NCBI GenBank assembly: GCA_902546085.1
Contig: CACCIO010000003.1
Span: 2,885 to 66,884, forward strand
Source of the DNA: an uncultured Pelagibacteraceae bacterium
GTDB lineage: Bacteria > Pseudomonadota > Alphaproteobacteria > Pelagibacterales > Pelagibacteraceae
Reading direction: 5' to 3'
DNA: 64,000 nucleotides
Shown here piece by piece: positions 62,967 through 64,000 of the stretch. The notes below the pieces were generated by a model that made no database searches, was not told the DNA's origin, and worked only from the letters and a program-made list of their open reading frames with translations. Each line of letters begins with the position of its first letter. Position 1 is the first letter of the stretch. The position numbers and the translations under genes are program-made.

Positions 62967-63056
62967 GGAGAGATGGCCGAGCGGCTTAAGGCGCACGCTT
63001 GGAAAGCGTGTAAAGGGGAAACCCTTTCATGGGTTCGAATCCCATTCTCTCCGCCA
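62967..63056 (+). tRNA. tRNA-Ser(GGA)
   Basis: Acceptor ggagaga/tctctcc, anticodon arm cacgc-ttGGAaa-gcgtg, long variable arm, G73, encoded CCA. Confidence 0.97.
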
Positions 63057-63169
63057 GTAATTAAGCCTTATATTTCAACATTAATAAACACTTTTTATTA
63101 ATTGTTAAAAAAGATAAATCAGCATTTTTTTTAAAAAATGTTATAATTTATTTTTCCTAAAATAAAAAA

Positions 63170-64000
63170 ATGACAGATAAAAATATATACCAAGCGGACT
63201 CCATTAAAGTTTTAAAGGGTCTTGAGGCGGTAAGGAAAAGACCTGGTATGTATATTGGTGATACAGATGATGGTACGGGTCTACATCATATGGTTTACGA
63301 GGTAGTTGATAACTCGATTGATGAGGCATTAGCAGGTTATTGTAAAAATATTATTGTAAAAATCAATTCAGACGGAACAGTAACCGTAAATGATGACGGT
63401 AGAGGAATTCCAGTAGATATTCACAAAGTAGAAAAAAAATCAGCAGCTGAAGTAATTATGACACAACTTCATGCAGGCGGAAAATTTGACCATGAGTCTT
63501 ATAAAGTTTCGGGTGGATTGCATGGTGTTGGAGTCTCAGTTGTGAATGCTCTATCTGAAAAATTGAAGTTAGAAATAAATAGAGATGGAAAAAAATATTA
63601 TATAGAATTTCAAAATGGTGAAGCAATAGCTCCATTAAAAGTTATTGGAAAATCAAAACATACTGGAACTCAGATAACTTTTTTGCCATCAAAAGAAATT
63701 TTTTCCTCAATCAAGTTTAGCGCCAATATTCTTATAAAAAGAGTGAGAGAATTAGCATTTTTGAATAGAGGAATTAAAATAATATTTAAAGACGCAAGTC
63801 AAAAAAAAGAAAAAATATCAGAGTTTAAGTTTGATGGAGGTGTTCTTGAATTTGTAGAGTTCTTAGATGAAAAAAGGGAAAAACTACAAAATAAAAATGG
63901 AAATGATTTATTTAGAAAACCAATATATATCGAGGGTAAAAAAAACAATATTGAACTAGAGTGTTCCTTAAAATGGAATGCTGGATACACAGAAGATATT
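63170..64000 (+). CDS. gyrB: DNA gyrase subunit B, N-terminal part (runs off window)
   Basis: Manual translation MTDKNIYQADSIKVLKGLEAVRKRPGMYIGDTDDGTGLHHMVYEVVDNSIDEALAGYC; SGGLHGVGVSVVNALS. Confidence 0.95.
   Translation, partial: MTDKNIYQADSIKVLKGLEAVRKRPGMYIGDTDDGTGLHHMVYEVVDNSIDEALAGYCKNIIVKINSDGTVTVNDDGRGIPVDIHKVEKKSAAEVIMTQLHAGGKFDHESYKVSGGLHGVGVSVVNALSEKLKLEINRDGKKYYIEFQNGEAIAPLKVIGKSKHTGTQITFLPSKEIFSSIKFSANILIKRVRELAFLNRGIKIIFKDASQKKEKISEFKFDGGVLEFVEFLDEKREKLQNKNGNDLFRKPIYIEGKKNNIELECSLKWNAGYTEDI

Noticed and set aside
59047-63056. Islet as a prophage or tRNA-integrated element
   Set aside because: No integrase and no duplicated tRNA 3' end seen; the islet lies on the 5' side of the tRNA
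963-63990. Many short shadow ORFs (e.g. 963-1286, 2670-2906, 8694-8945, 20539-20901, 28966-29376, 39726-40001, 54850-55128, 63799-63990)
   Set aside because: They lie inside or opposite well-supported genes and have F/S/I/L-rich antisense composition with no motifs

Overview
This 64 kb window is very AT-rich, densely packed chromosome from a streamlined marine alphaproteobacterium. Gene content, gene order and minimal spacers point to Candidatus Pelagibacter (SAR11); this is an inference and no database search was run. It is mostly core genome: infB-rbfA-rpsO-pnp, fabI/B/A, irr-rubrerythrin-FeS oxidoreductase-DUF3501, dut/coaBC/ubiB/ubiE, mutM-rpsT-dnaA-dnaN, lysA/argH, carD-fdxA-helicase, acetoacetyl-CoA synthetase/thiolase, aceEF, gltDB, thrS-infC-rpmI-rplT-pheST-lepA, a small surface-glycan modification island and the 5' part of gyrB. 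There are three tRNAs (Leu-CAA, Arg-ACG, Ser-GGA). I saw no CRISPR array, integrase or transposase. Reading between the supplied ORFs gave three small genes missing from the track. The most striking is a 30-aa protamine/histone-H1-like mini-protein (22 of 30 residues K/R) with its own promoter, RBS and terminator, convergent on a CarD that itself carries an H1-like Lys-rich extension. Together they are a candidate nucleoid/transcription module. Other signals: a near-identical inverted pair of ICE (Irr) boxes, 16-bp GATTC-containing repeats upstream of dnaA, a pentamer-repeat pnp leader, near-leaderless r-protein promoters, a tRNA-Arg with a non-canonical A53-U61 pair, and a lipoyl-domain-fused AceE.
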